64,000 nucleotides of DNA from Perna viridis (lineage: Eukaryota): assembly GCA_037379345.1 (NCBI GenBank), contig CM074514.1, forward strand, positions 34,348,001-34,412,000, in the 5' to 3' direction. Of the stretch, positions 51,054 through 63,884 are shown in pieces. The first letter of the stretch is position 1. Each line of letters begins with the position of its first letter. The notes below the pieces were generated by a model. That model did not search any database. It worked only from the letters and a program-made list of their open reading frames with translations, and was not told where the DNA came from. The position numbers were made by a program, and so were the translations under genes.

Positions 51054-52777
51054 TTTAAGGTCTTTCCCATTTCAATGGGAAGACCTTCTTGTATTTCTTC
51101 GGATTATCATTATTATTCTTTTTTTTCCGCCAGGCATTTTGCCAAAGTTTTGGCTGAACATCTCACGACAAGATTTTGACAATCTTTTGCAATCTGACAA
51201 GACGTGATCATTTCTCGATCCAGAGTTATAAAACCCGGGGCAGTACTATTTGACAAAGTTTCCAAAAGATTTGAGGTTTCCCTGGTTACGCAATTTCACG
51301 ACCTAAAATGAAATTGTTCGGTTGGTCACTAAACTTTTAAACCATAAGTCGTATAGACTTGGGACCTTCACTGTTGATCTTAAATGATTTGCAGTATGTT
51401 TTTGTATTTCTTGGTTCATAGTCAAACTTTGACAAGATATTTTACCTCATTTGTATGGTCATTTCCGAATCTCTATTAGGCACTTTTTTGCTGTAGTTTT
51501 TTTCTTTAAGTCTTTATTGTACGAGTTATAACTACTGTTAACGTGGTATTTACGGTCTAAATATGTATCTATATAGGAAAACTCTCCACCGAAATTTAGA
51601 ACTATATTCATATACAACCAATTCCTATAGTGGTGTCTTTGTCAGTTTTGGTTATTGAAAATCATTTCTCTCTTTGAAAATTGGTGCACACATTGAAAAC
51701 AACAGTACTTACCGTAATTAATGCAATTTTTTTATAAAATAATCTAAAAAATGCATATGAATAAAGACAATAAGTAAATAATGTTAATACATGCGTAATG
51801 TTCGTTTCTTAAAACTGTCTTTAAAAGTATACTTCCAATACATTTTTCAAAAAGTGGCTTGGACCTAAATCAGGGATGTCCAGCTTTTTATCAGTAAAAA
51901 ACCACTATTTACGATCTTTAAATGCAAAACAACCCCATGTATGGCCTAACATTTAAACAACAGCATAGCGAGAATATCACGATAAATAAACATGTATTAA
52001 TTATTTTCAATTGTCATTAAAATAAGAAAATCAAAGTACTCATGTACTGAATCAATTTACATTGACTCTTTTAGTTGCCTTAAAATAGCAAGAACAGAGA
52101 CCGACTTTTTGGTTATCAAAATATTTAAACAGTTATTGTACAGTAATTTTGTAAAGTCACTTTGTTCCGACATTGTTGTTCCAATTAACACAATGGAGGC
52201 ACATTATTCACACTTATACACAATACTCATACTTTTGTAGAGACTTAAAAGTACGAATTTAGAGTTTACAAACTGAGTTTTATTTTGACCACATTTGTTC
52301 AATACATACTCAAATAATACCTTTTCAATGGATAATTCTAGGTTAAGTGTGTTTTAGTACTTCATAAAGGGGTGGCCATTTGACCTGGAAGTGACAATTG
52401 AGACCTTTTGCTTTGAAATACTTTATAATTATCTCCCTTTGAATTTATCTATTTTCATGAAAATCACAAGTTCATTTTGTTCTCAACTAATTGTATTTAT
52501 GAAATTGACAGGAAAAAATAGTTTATTACAACACAGTTACTACTGAATTCATCTTTCTTATAAGAATCAGAACTATTTTGAAATTTTAACAATTGTCAAA
52601 AACCTCGCCTTTTAAATATATACAAGAAATAAATAATGTTGATCGAACCGTTTCTACAAGCTAAACCACAATAAGCCATTAACCGTGACGCAAAGGTCAT
52701 TTCCCATGAAGATGACAGTTGTCGGGAGGGAATTGGTGGGAAAGACCTTTCAATTGTTCTGGAACAATTGACCTATT
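51054..52777 (+). mobile_element. About 1.7-kb HINE
   Basis: 5' aaggtctttccca-tttcaa-tgggaagacctt inverted pair followed by (ATT)n; 3' subTIR tgggaaagacctt plus hairpin caattgttc-tg-gaacaattg (52751-52770). Confidence 0.8.
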
Positions 52778-54815
52778 AATTCTGATTCTTTTTCATAAAA
52801 TCTGATTTCATGCAAGTACCACTTTGATGTAAAAATCAAAACTGACAAAAAATCAAGTATTCAATGGCTGAGATTTACCATTTATAGGAATCATGAACAG
52901 TGGTTGGAAGAAAATTTTGAGAGGGGGCCTTTATCAGGTTTTTGGAAAGATATTCTAAATTTGAAGGGGCTATTTGTAATTTCTTCTATTTGAATGGACA
53001 ATATTCTGGTAAAACGGGCAAATGGCTCATGGTCCCTTGCCTTCCCAACCCATGCAGGCATGCTGAGATGTTCATTCTTGAGAAAATGGTATCCATTAAC
53101 ACATGTATTGTATGATTTTGCTTCGAGTTGACCACTTGTTATTGGATAAAACCGTTTGTCCAAATATCCGAAGCAGCCATATGCAAATTAAGGAAAATCC
53201 ACCCGCCAGAGATGAAAATGAAATAGGCAAATGATCATTAAAGGAAAATTCATCCACCAATGATAACAAAAATTGCAGAATGACGCTGAGACTGATATAG
53301 CTCTATCAATCAAACTGTCTGTTATTATTCAGACAGTCAGTAGATTTGTTGGAGAGGTTCAGCTAATGCCTCACCCTCCAACAAATCAACTGTCTAAATA
53401 ATCATAGATGGTCACCTGGGAGCTTATAACTTATAATATAGGTATAAACTAACAGCTATCTTAATTTACTCGTATGGAACATTCCTTGAACATTTCCACT
53501 CTTCAAAAGTGTAAAATTACATACATATATGTACCATGAGAACATGAGAGTATATATGCTCTATATGATAGACAATGCAAAACTGTATGGCAAATGCAAA
53601 AAGTATATGAAAAATTTTGCAGATTCTAATTTCGGCAAATGCTAAGTAGTATACTTAATACTTAAGCTCAGTTCCAGTGAAAACTTTTCACAGAATTTAT
53701 TTTGGCCTTGTAACGCAGACCCCTAAAGTACGCTTAAATTAGCACCTCTCAAAAAATTACTGCTTTTCTGTATCTATGGGCAAAAACTTGATCAGACTGG
53801 CAAATATAATTTTTGTTTTGTTTTTATTTTTAAAAAAGTCTGGTATAGAAAAAAAAAAAATAATTGAAACATTTTTTGTGGTACTGATTATCATGGTTAT
53901 TAGTGGTTCAGTCAAACCACAAATTCAAATTCTAAACATGATGTTAAATTCTCATTGAAAACTAAGAGGTTGATCTACCATTCCCAAATTTAAAAACAAA
54001 CTCCACAAACTGGAAAATTTTGAGAAAACAAAACACTTGGACATTTTCTCAGTCTTTTTTCATGCAACTGTGATCAGCCTACTTTTGCCAAGTCTAAAAT
54101 TCTCTATCACTCAAAAAGTAATACATTGTTCTTCAAAGATAAAATTCATGACCATTAGTTTTCACATAACACTCTTACAGCAAACAAGCTAAAATAAAAG
54201 TACCTAAAAAAATTCACGGTTAACAGTACACATGAATCAAAGTGCCGTCACAATACACCTGTTCACAGGCCATAATAACAAGGTAGAAAATACAACTATC
54301 TCGGTTTCTATGCTAATATGTCTGACTGTTCAACTTTGCTCTGGATAATTTTCATATTAAGAAATGACTACAGACATGAAATAAATCACTATTCTAACAA
54401 TGAGTCAGCATTAACCATCTGTAAGCTTTCATAGACAACAAAAACAAGATAACATGTAATTTTCATGGAAGTCATTAGAGTTCTGGTGTATTTCATGTAC
54501 TAATAGACAGTGGGCATTAGTCTAGACTTCCCGAAAACTTGCCAATAAATTGATAGTCATTCTCAGAACCAGACCTTGAATGTTATGCCATGTGGGACAT
54601 CTCTAAAAGAAATTTGTATGAGCTTCTCTAAAATATCAGCAAAGCCAAAGTTCTATCAGGACTGGCCAATGGACAGGTCAGTCTACCATAAATGGCCAAA
54701 GGACAGGTCAATCTACCATAAATTTAACATGCTGCCTGAGGGTGCAAATAATTTTGAGGACATTTCACCATCAAAGCAATATAACAATAATGTCTTTTAA
54801 AATTTCAATAAATAC

Positions 54816-54986
54816 CATCTGTGAATATAGCTGCTCTGTCGATGCCTCCATCTTCTTCTTTCAAAAAGGAAAGGAATTTTCCGACTGTGTGGGTGACGGG
54901 CTTGAGGGTGAACTCACAATTATGGCGTCTTGAAGGTAAAGGCACTGAAAACACTGGCAAACCATCTCTGTAAACTACTGTAGCTT
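54816..54986 (-). CDS. MCU: Mitochondrial calcium uniporter, N-terminal-domain exon (most 5' coding exon found)
   Basis: ttttgcag acceptor; xATVVYRDGLPVFSVPLPSRRHNCEFTLKPVTHTVGKFLSFLKEEDGGIDRAAIFTD+G; GTATTT donor; 171 nt; matches the MCU NTD motifs LPSR..C.F.LKP and EED.GID. Not in the ORF track. Confidence 0.95.
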
Positions 54987-56054
54987 CTGCAAAAAGAATT
55001 ATACAATAAAATTTAAATTGTTCTAATTAAATTCTAGTTTCATTGTTTGGGTTTTTAAAAAAATGATTTCTTGCAATACTATGTTCATTTTTAATAGATC
55101 CTTTAATGATTACTCTCTGTTAAGACAGGTACAGAGTGAGCACATATTTCTTCTCAATATATTTCCAATGTCAAGAAAAGTATCACAACATTTGCTTTTA
55201 AAATTGTTCACTTAAGTAATTACAAATGAAAATTGCAAGTACTGCATGTACTGGTACCCTCTTATACACAGGTAAATTCCTGCAAGTAAAATGATGAATT
55301 TAATATAAGTTATTTTGAAAGGGTTATCTGTCACAGCCAATTAAAGATGCAGAAAAAGCCCTGGAGACTGGAAGAAATGAACGTATTTCTGTAAATGGTC
55401 TTTTCAATAATGAGATGAGCAAGGTCACACAATATGACCAACAAGAAATCTTTATACAGTTCTTTATTTTTGTTCATGACCAATCAAACATAATTGCCTG
55501 CCATTGTTTTATTGTTGTTTCTTTATAATATCAACTGATTTCACAAAAATTTGTAAGAATAAAAATGGACTTAAGTAATAATGTCACAATACTGTTATAA
55601 TATGACATCATAATTAATGAGAAATGACTACAAAATGAAATATTACATCTGAGAAGCTTCAGTTTCCATCATATTTTAGCACAAATTCCAGCTTGCCCAT
55701 TAAAATAAAGTATTTCAATGTTAAAAAGATAACTATACCCAGACATGAAAGAGATACTACCTATTACACCATTAACATGTCAAATTTAAAATGTCATAAT
55801 AAATGATTGTTTCTTTTCCATTTTCATTTCTTTTTTTTCTTACATTGAGAAGTTCGAAAGTAGTTTTTTCTATTCAAAACTATTGAAAAGCTTGTCAACA
55901 AGTGGCAAATACTTCCTTTATAGAAGTGCCATAAAGTTTTACTGAAGTGTCAGAAATCCAAATATTTATAAAATTCATTTTTTAGGTATTACACTATAAT
56001 TATATTAACTTGAATATTATTTCCAGGGGAAAAACCAAACATATCCCTAAAAGC

Positions 56055-56393
56055 TTGGATTGTTACTGTGTATCCATCTGCACCATGTAAACTGATTTGT
56101 TCAACATGTCATAGTTTTCCTTTCCTCTTTTGTCTACCCTGAACTTGACTTTTTTATGAGCAACTCGGCGAGTGTTTCTAGGAGAGCTGAGGACACTTAG
56201 CCTACCAGAGCACCTCCTCCATGCTCCCAGTTTTTTTGTGGAGTCCGAGTTGCTCATTTGCTTTTGTTACTTTATATTTTAGTTATTTAATGTTCTTTGT
56301 TGTGTTTGTCTGTTTTCTATGTCTGGTCTTTGTTCCTGGATGGATTACATTCTTTTGATTTCCACTAGAATCTTGGTTCCCTTGATTACTTTT
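56055..56393 (+). mobile_element. Solo 3' end of the same Penelope-like family, inverted relative to 56645-58400
   Basis: Shares ccatgctccca...gtggagtc.gagttgctcattt.cttttgttacttt...ggttcccttgattact with the reverse complement of 56645-56835. Confidence 0.8.
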
Positions 56394-56644
56394 CCAGGAA
56401 ACATTTTTTAATTTACCAAAGTCTCACTCTTGATTTTTTTCCCCTGAGCCATGTATGTTCCAGCTATGAAAGGATTAGATACAATAAAGACCATATTTGG
56501 CCCCCTGCATGACTGGAAATTTGAAATATGATATGGAGTTTTTTTTCTGTTGTTAAGAAAGTGAAATGATGATTTATCATATTCAACTACATTTATAATA
56601 GTAATACTGATGGCTTTTTTCCTCTTTTAATCTTTTTAAATTTG

Positions 56645-58400
56645 AAAGAGTAATCAAGGGAACCAAGGTTATAGCGGTAATCAAAAGAATGTAATTCAGG
56701 GACAAAGACCAGATATGAAAAACAGACACACACAACAAAGAACATAAAGTAACTAAAATCATACATACAAAGTAACAAAAGTAAATGAGCAACTCAGACT
56801 CCACTAAAAAGTGGGAGCATGGACCAGGTGCACCGGTAGGCAAGCTCTGGCATAACGTATGAGATGTGATATGAACACTCCATATGCAGGAGCCGAAGGG
56901 ATGTTGCCACAGATGAAAGGAAAGTTGACAATTCTGAATGAAAAGTCATCACGTTTGTCGTAAAGTTTGGTCAATAGTTTTCCTTTACCATCGATTTCTA
57001 AGTGTAGGTCAAGATATGAGGCTGACTTCACAGTGTCTGTAGTATCCTTTATCTCAAGTTCTTTTGGGTAGATGCGATGTATCAAATCCCCGAAATTAGG
57101 ATTGTTTAAAGATAATACGTCATCTATATAGCGGAAACTGAGATTGAAGGATCTAGCCAAACGATATTCTTTCTTTCTGATCAAATCAACTATAAAGTCA
57201 GCCTCATAAGAGTGAAGAAATAGGTCAGCAAGTAAAGGAGCACAATTTGTTCCCATTGGAATGCCGACCGTTTGTTGAAAAACCCGTCCACCACACTGGA
57301 CAAATATGTTGCCGATTAAAAATTCCAGCATTTTGTAAACATCTTCCTCTGTATATATGGCAGATGATTTGGAATTATTTCTTACAAAGTATGACGAATC
57401 TCTACCAAGAACTATATATTTGTATCTAGGTGTACCATCTTTTTTGGAAAAACAACGGTGTAAAATGTTTTTAAGTCAAGATTTTAACTGAGTATGGGGA
57501 ATAGAAGTATACAGTGTTGAAAAATCATAGGTTTTAATGCTATTATATTCAGATAATAGTCTTGAACTGATTGTCTCCAAAAGATCTTTCGAATTTTTCA
57601 GGATCCACATTGAATTAATACCACTATGGGAGTAACAAGTGTTGTGGCAGGACTGCACACCCTCTTTGACAGTTGTGAGTATAGAAGTTAAAAGTTTTGA
57701 AAGAGATTTGGTGGTACGTTTTGCAGATCCAGCTTTGAAATGTTATTTGTATGGATTCTTGTGAAGTTTAGGAATCCAGTACATAGATGGTAAATCATAA
57801 TCATCGTCCTTGGTAAAGAGTCCAAAAGAGGATAGCACAGATTTATGGTTTTCCACAATCTCTTCTTTGGAGAGAGTGGTAGCAGTATAGGTCTTATCAC
57901 TGCTATTATTTTCTACATCTACCTCTGATAATAAACATTGGATATAAAACATTTTGCAGACAAAAACAATGTTGTTTTGGGCTTTGTCTGCTAATACAAC
58001 AACATATTTGTCATGTACAGTAGACAATGTTTTTGCTACATCGGGGTCTTTGAAAACAGATGTAGCCTTGGCACTCATTGACCTACTTAAAACTTTCATT
58101 CGTTTCAAAATTAAAGACCTCACGTCCTTTAACCACTCTGACAGAAAATCAATGTCTTCTTGTTCTCGTTTTATCCATTTTCTTGCATAGTCCTCGACGG
58201 CATCCATAAGAACTTTAAAGTTATAATTTCAACTTATGGAGCATGGTTCACAGTACTTGGGACCTTTAGAAAGGATATTACGTAGAGATTGGTTTTCGAT
58301 AATGGTTAAATCTCCCGTAACAACGTGACCAGAAGGACCATATTTGAATGGAGAGCTTTGGCAAGAACAGTCAGGTGGTTTAGCCAAATATGGAATAATG
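56645..58400 (-). mobile_element. Penelope-like retroelement (Naiad-type) RT pseudogene, 5'-truncated
   Basis: Four ORF-track pieces share one frame, separated by 3 stops: CxC linker (PPDCSC...GHVVTGDL...KGPKY), YWIPKLHK, DFSTLYT, GIPMGTNCAPLLADLFL, RYIDD, LYDKRDDF, followed by a repeated 3' tail. Confidence 0.88.
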
Positions 58401-59628
58401 GTACAAAACCTTAAATATGTAGTTAGAAAAATTAATGTTATAAAGGACAAGAAAAGACAACTCATAAACAAAATATAAGCATAACTTTAAACAGAAATAC
58501 CATATTCTGCACTTCGCCTTTCATTCAAAATTTGGAAATAATTTATCAAGCTAGGGATTATTTTTGAGCTATTCATTGGACAAATTGGAAAACTTTTACT
58601 AGAGGGAAACAGCCTTATTTTTGAGGTAATTTATGGCCAACAATATCACTCTATAAGCATATCATCTAGCAATGACTGAAAATATGATGTCCCAAATTTG
58701 GTAAACATGCAAATTTTTTATCATACATGACAAAATTTGACATTTTATGGAACATTTGGTCATATTTTTTATTGTCTCTACCAACATGACCCAAAATAAC
58801 TGTATACAAGGTGAATATATAAAATCATATGAAAAAAAAATACAACTTATGTATTCGTAAAATAGATATAGAAAATATGGCCCTTAATGTACCAGGTCCT
58901 TTAGAATTTTCCCCAACAATCAAAATAAAAGTTCTTGTTGACTTTCCGAATGCTCTTATTTCAAAACTTTAAGTGCTCAGAGAGCATATAAAAAATCAGA
59001 TCAGTGAAAATTGTTTTCCAATTGAGAGTCTACCACAGACATTTTCCCTATTCAACAGCTTCAATCAAATTTTATTAGTCTGAGGTCCCTTTCTAGTACA
59101 TAGAAAAGCAGACAATACAATGGAGTCAACTCCCATTAAAAGATCATGACATAACTTGATTGCTTTGGAGACCAATTTATTACAGAAACACATCAAAATC
59201 TCTATGAGAAATCTCTTTTTAAGATTCACATTAGAAATCATGATGGAGAAAATTATTCAATTCATACCCCATTCTACAATCCATACCCTATTCAATGCAT
59301 GTTCTACAAACATGCAGGAAAGATGTGGTTCTATCATTATGATGTTTTGGATCAATTTTCCAGCAGATTTCAGAGGAAATCATGCGAATTTTACATGAAA
59401 TTTCCTTTGAAAAGCTCAGTGAGAAATAATTTTCAGATTCATCACATGAACATCATGTCAATTCAATGTAAATCCAGCTATTTGTTATTAAACTAACATT
59501 AAGTAAATAACAAATCAATTTTTTTGCAATTTTTCTATATTTTTTCTCTACCTAAAGCTATGAAGGAATTAAAAAAAATAAATATCAAATTAAAAATTTG
59601 CAAATCCATGCCCTAACAGAGCACTTAA

Positions 59629-59766
59629 GGAGGTAGACCTACGGTAAGGGACACAACTCTTACAAATAATTGGAATGTTTGTATTGTTAGACATTGGTGA
59701 AATTGAATCCAATACAAACATATCATTGATTTCATGAGGTATGTCCCTTACCCTAGGTCTACCTCC
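59629..59766. mobile_element. TTAA-flanked MITE (Kolobok-like termini)
   Basis: TTAA-GGAGGTAGACCTACGGTAAGGGACA ... TGTCCCTTACCCTAGGTCTACCTCC-TTAA. Confidence 0.85.
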
Positions 59767-60495
59767 TTAATATTAGGAAATTTATGGAAAAGGTCAAAAG
59801 GGAGCTCACTTCATAGAAAGAACTTACCAAGGCTTCATAAAAATTGGTGGCAGCATTTTCATTGATGCTCACAGTATTTTTTGCCTATATTTGATTTATT
59901 GCACAATGTGTATACAATAAATGAATGGACAGGCAGGCGTATACAAATAAACCAGTCTTACTCAGTCTTAAAAGAGATCAAAATGCAATTTCTTTCAACA
60001 TATGAAAAAACCATCTATAAAGCAACCACCTGTTTAATTCCCACATATCTTCATTAAAATAGGGGTTCAGTTTAGACAGGTTATGAAGTACATTTTGTAT
60101 TAGTCTCTAATGTTCAGTTGAATCTAATTTAGACTTTTCTTCATCAAGCAAATCTCCACTCCCCAAACTCCTACTACAGCTTGAAATAAGCCCCATTCAT
60201 TAAAATGATAGAAACTTCTAGCTTCATTAGTTACTCACAACAAACAGTTCATTTCCCTTTTCACACTAATAATACCATTCCATACATCAATAGATTCTTC
60301 AGTCAACTAAGTAGCATGGCTTTTGTAAATGTATTGCCCAAAGTGTTTTTTCCATCATAAAGAAATTCTATAACTATTTCCCTTGCTGAAAGGAATGTCT
60401 GGAATTCTCTAATAAACTTCTCCATAAGAATGAACCATAGAAGTGGAAAACAATTCCAAACTTGAATATGCAGTTACTATTGTGATTTGCCATTT

Positions 60496-60805
60496 ACTGG
60501 CAGAGTTGACCTCTTTCTTCTATCTTCACTTCAAACTGGCAGCGTTGAGCTCTTTCTTCACTTCAAACTGGCAGAGTTGAGCTCTTTCTTTACTTCAAAC
60601 TGGCAGAGTTGAGCTCTTTCTTCTATCTTCATTTTAAACTGGCAGAGTTGACCTCTTTCTCCTATCTTCACTTCAAACTGGCAGAGTTAAGCTCTTTCTT
60701 CTATCTTCACTTCGAACTGGCAGAGTTGAGCTCTTTCTTCCATCTTCACTTCAAACTGGTAGAGTTGAACTCTTTCTTTGCTACAAACTGTCAAAGTTGA
60801 ACTTT
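60496..60805. repeat. 39/32-bp minisatellite, about 8 copies
   Basis: actggcagagttgagctctttcttc(tatcttc)acttcaa repeated. Confidence 0.92.
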
Positions 60806-61256
60806 GCTTGATATACTGCAAAATGGGACAAGTTAATTTACTAAATAGTTGGGTCTTTTCTTACATTTTTGTTAATTATACAACAATGTTGGATATTTGA
60901 GGTTGTTTTGTCATAAAAGAACCAAAAGTCAATCTCAACCTACCATCACTGCATGCAGGAACTAACAACACTCTATCTCTCTTTTCAGAACCTTTGATGC
61001 TCCCTTTAACAATGCTTTCACAATCATGAAAGCTGAAACCTGATTAGCTGGTCAAAAAGGTCATCGAAAAAGAATGTGGTATGGAGTGTTGTTGGATACT
61101 ACATACAGTATCCGAACAAATAATTACTGGTAATACTTTCTGCCACAACATATTCTATATATCATACCAAGGAGAATAACCTTCTCCCAATGAAGCTTTA
61201 CAATGAAAAAGACATCTCACAACATGCCCAACATTTTAACCACACAACAACTTATA

Positions 61257-61511
61257 TACTATTACAATAGTACACTGTATTGAAGTTTTGATTAAAGTGA
61301 AAAGAATGAAATACCATTAGCACCATCTATTGTACCATTCTGAGCAGTAATGGAGAGGGTAAAAGACAGACATCTTCCAATTATAACATTCCTCCCCAGA
61401 ATTTTACCATACAACTCATTCTATACCACTACAATAGTACAATGCAGTTTTGATTAAAGTGAAAAGAAGAATTGCCATTAGCACCATATATTATACCATT
61501 CTGAGCAGTAA
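61257..61511. repeat. About 90-bp direct duplication (61257-61349 / 61425-61511)
   Basis: tacaatagtaca...agttttgattaaagtgaaaagaa...ccattagcaccat...taccattctgagcagtaa occurs twice. Confidence 0.85.
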
Positions 61512-61953
61512 CGTACATTGTAAGATAGATTAACAAAGGGAATACATGATTGATATTTTATCGGATTGTACTGATATTGATAGGGCTTTTTGATGTACAA
61601 TGTATTAGTTTTTCAGCTCTCTGATTCATAATAATGGTAATCTTCAACTGATCATGAAATGCATTCAAGGACAATGACAGCTAAATTAGCATTCAGACAG
61701 GTAGTCTATCAACCTGACATGATTCTCAGCTTTGTTGGCATTTCATTTTTACCTATTTTAAGCAAATAGAATGTTGATAATATGACTGGAATAAAAAAAT
61801 AGATCCAAATTGTGAAACAAATTCATTAATTCACAACTGATAATAAATAGATTGATTGATCCTATGAGAGATATTTCATGCTTTTCAGGGTGATTGACCA
61901 TTCAAACAGACTCTGCTTCAAAAGGGCTATAACTCCTTTACTAGTAAATGCAA

Positions 61954-62148
61954 TACTGTCAATGTATTATTGTTCAAGGGGTATTAATTTTAGTGGTTTT
62001 CATGCATTTGGTAAACCCAGAAACTTTGGTTCCCTCCAAAAAGTTAATTTACAATACATTTGTACGGTACAGTTGCCAATCAACAAACTAACAAATTTTC
62101 CCTAAAACACAGAAAATGGTACCCATGAACTAAAGTATTCTCATAGTA
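61954..62148. mobile_element. Degenerate MITE of the TACTGT class
   Basis: tactgtcaatgta...ggggtattaattttagtgg...aatggtaccc...tattctcatagta. Confidence 0.55.
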
Positions 62149-63476
62149 TTCTATATAATTATTCAGGACCTGCATTTAATGATTAACAACATTGTGATCA
62201 AGTAACAGTAATCTTCAGTTATCAAATAGGAATCCAAAAGTGCTGAATACAGACTGACAGACATGAGAATTACTATACACTATGACTTGTTGCAACCTCA
62301 GTGGTTTGTAACTACTTTTTAAAAGTGACCTGTAATTTTTCTTTTTTTTTGGGGGGGGGGGATTGTAACTGAAAAAAATTGTCTGGAATGAATTGATACC
62401 TTGGGGAAATTTTAATGATCATAGGTGTTAATTCTTCCGCTTTTAGCAAAAAAGTTACAATATTTTATCACTAATTCAATAACCTCCCACCTATGCGTCC
62501 ATACAAAGGCTGGAATCTTATATCTTCCACTACTGGAATTTTCTCCCAAACTTTTCATCTTAAAATCATTATTACACAGTATATATTACTACAATTCTTG
62601 TTAAAACAAATTGATCAGGAACATGTGATGAAGACAATCACTATCATTACTGTAGTAAACATTTAAGGCCTAATTCAATATTTAATAGAACTCAAATTTA
62701 GGATTAAAGTGGCAATGAACAAAAAACATCAGAACGCAATACCTCAGCAAGTACATTTTAAGAGGGAGATCTCTGACTTAGGGCACATTTTGAGAGGGAA
62801 ATCTCCAGCTTTGAGAATATATTTAGAGGGAGAATTTTGCATGATTCTTAGGATAAGTAGACTGCAATGGAGCAACAAAACCACTGAACTACAATACTGG
62901 TATATTCTATGATAGTGCATGGTTTTCAATCAATTGTACACCTACATCCTCCCATGAAATTAACCACAATTTTAAGTAAATATCAATGGAAAACTATGAT
63001 TGATGTATTTTACATTGTGCTGATACTGATAAAGTTATCTCATACAATGGATTGTGTTTTCAGCCCATCTGATTTATTCCACTGGTATTTGCTGCAGACA
63101 GTGGAAAAGTCATGTATACATGCAACTGGCTTTGTTTACAGGCAAGTAATACATCATTTTAAAAAAAAATTGCAGTTCTAAAAATACAAAAAAATTCATG
63201 GAGAAGACATTACATTTATGATAAAGAACAACATTTCTCACTAAAGAGACAAGGAAATGTTAGCTGTGTAAAATGTCCTTATCTCAACCACAGGTTGATG
63301 AAGAACGTGCACTTTCCTGTAAAAAATCATATAAAGAATTAGTGAACAATCACTTCCAGCCAATATGGGCTTAAACATTTTTTTTTAAATATTAATTTTA
63401 ACCAAAGTAACCAGTGACTGATTATTCCATGTAGTTTGTTTATCCTGCAACTGTATTGAAGTTTTTATGTAATACA

Positions 63477-63612
63477 CCAGGCGTCGATTTCACAAAAAGG
63501 CGTAAGTGTAAAATTGATCGTAAGTTATGACGTAACAATGCTATTTTCTGTTATGACGTCATTACTTACGACCAACTCTGCACTTACAATTTTTTGTGAA
63601 ATTGATGCCTGG
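63477..63612. mobile_element. Palindromic MITE (PIF/Harbinger-like)
   Basis: ccaggcgtcgatttcacaaaa / ttttgtgaaattgatgcctgg; interior also self-complementary. Confidence 0.7.
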
Positions 63613-63884
63613 TTGTGAAGTATCACTGGCCACATTGATTGGCCACCTATCAAATTTAGGTCTTCCAAATCAAAACTTTCAATTGGAAGACAGACTTGAA
63701 GTGAGAAAAAGAATCAAACGCAAGATTTGTTCATGCAAGATTGTCTAACCACTGCCAACCTTGGATAAGATATAATAGTTCACTAACTCAGCTGAGAACT
63801 ATAAAATTTACTTTTTGGGTGGCTGAGATTTCCCTATTTTGCATTCACACAGGTAGGTTGAATTCCAAGTTTTATCCAAAGCTG

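Noticed and set aside
57476-58231. In-frame TGA codons in the Penelope RT as selenocysteine
   Set aside because: An in-frame TAA also interrupts the frame; the TGAs sit where Trp and Arg are expected (recalled); no SECIS recognised by eye.
56055-58400. Hammerhead ribozyme in the Penelope tails
   Set aside because: No CTGANGA...GAAA core with flanking stems was seen; Naiads are reported to lack canonical hammerheads.
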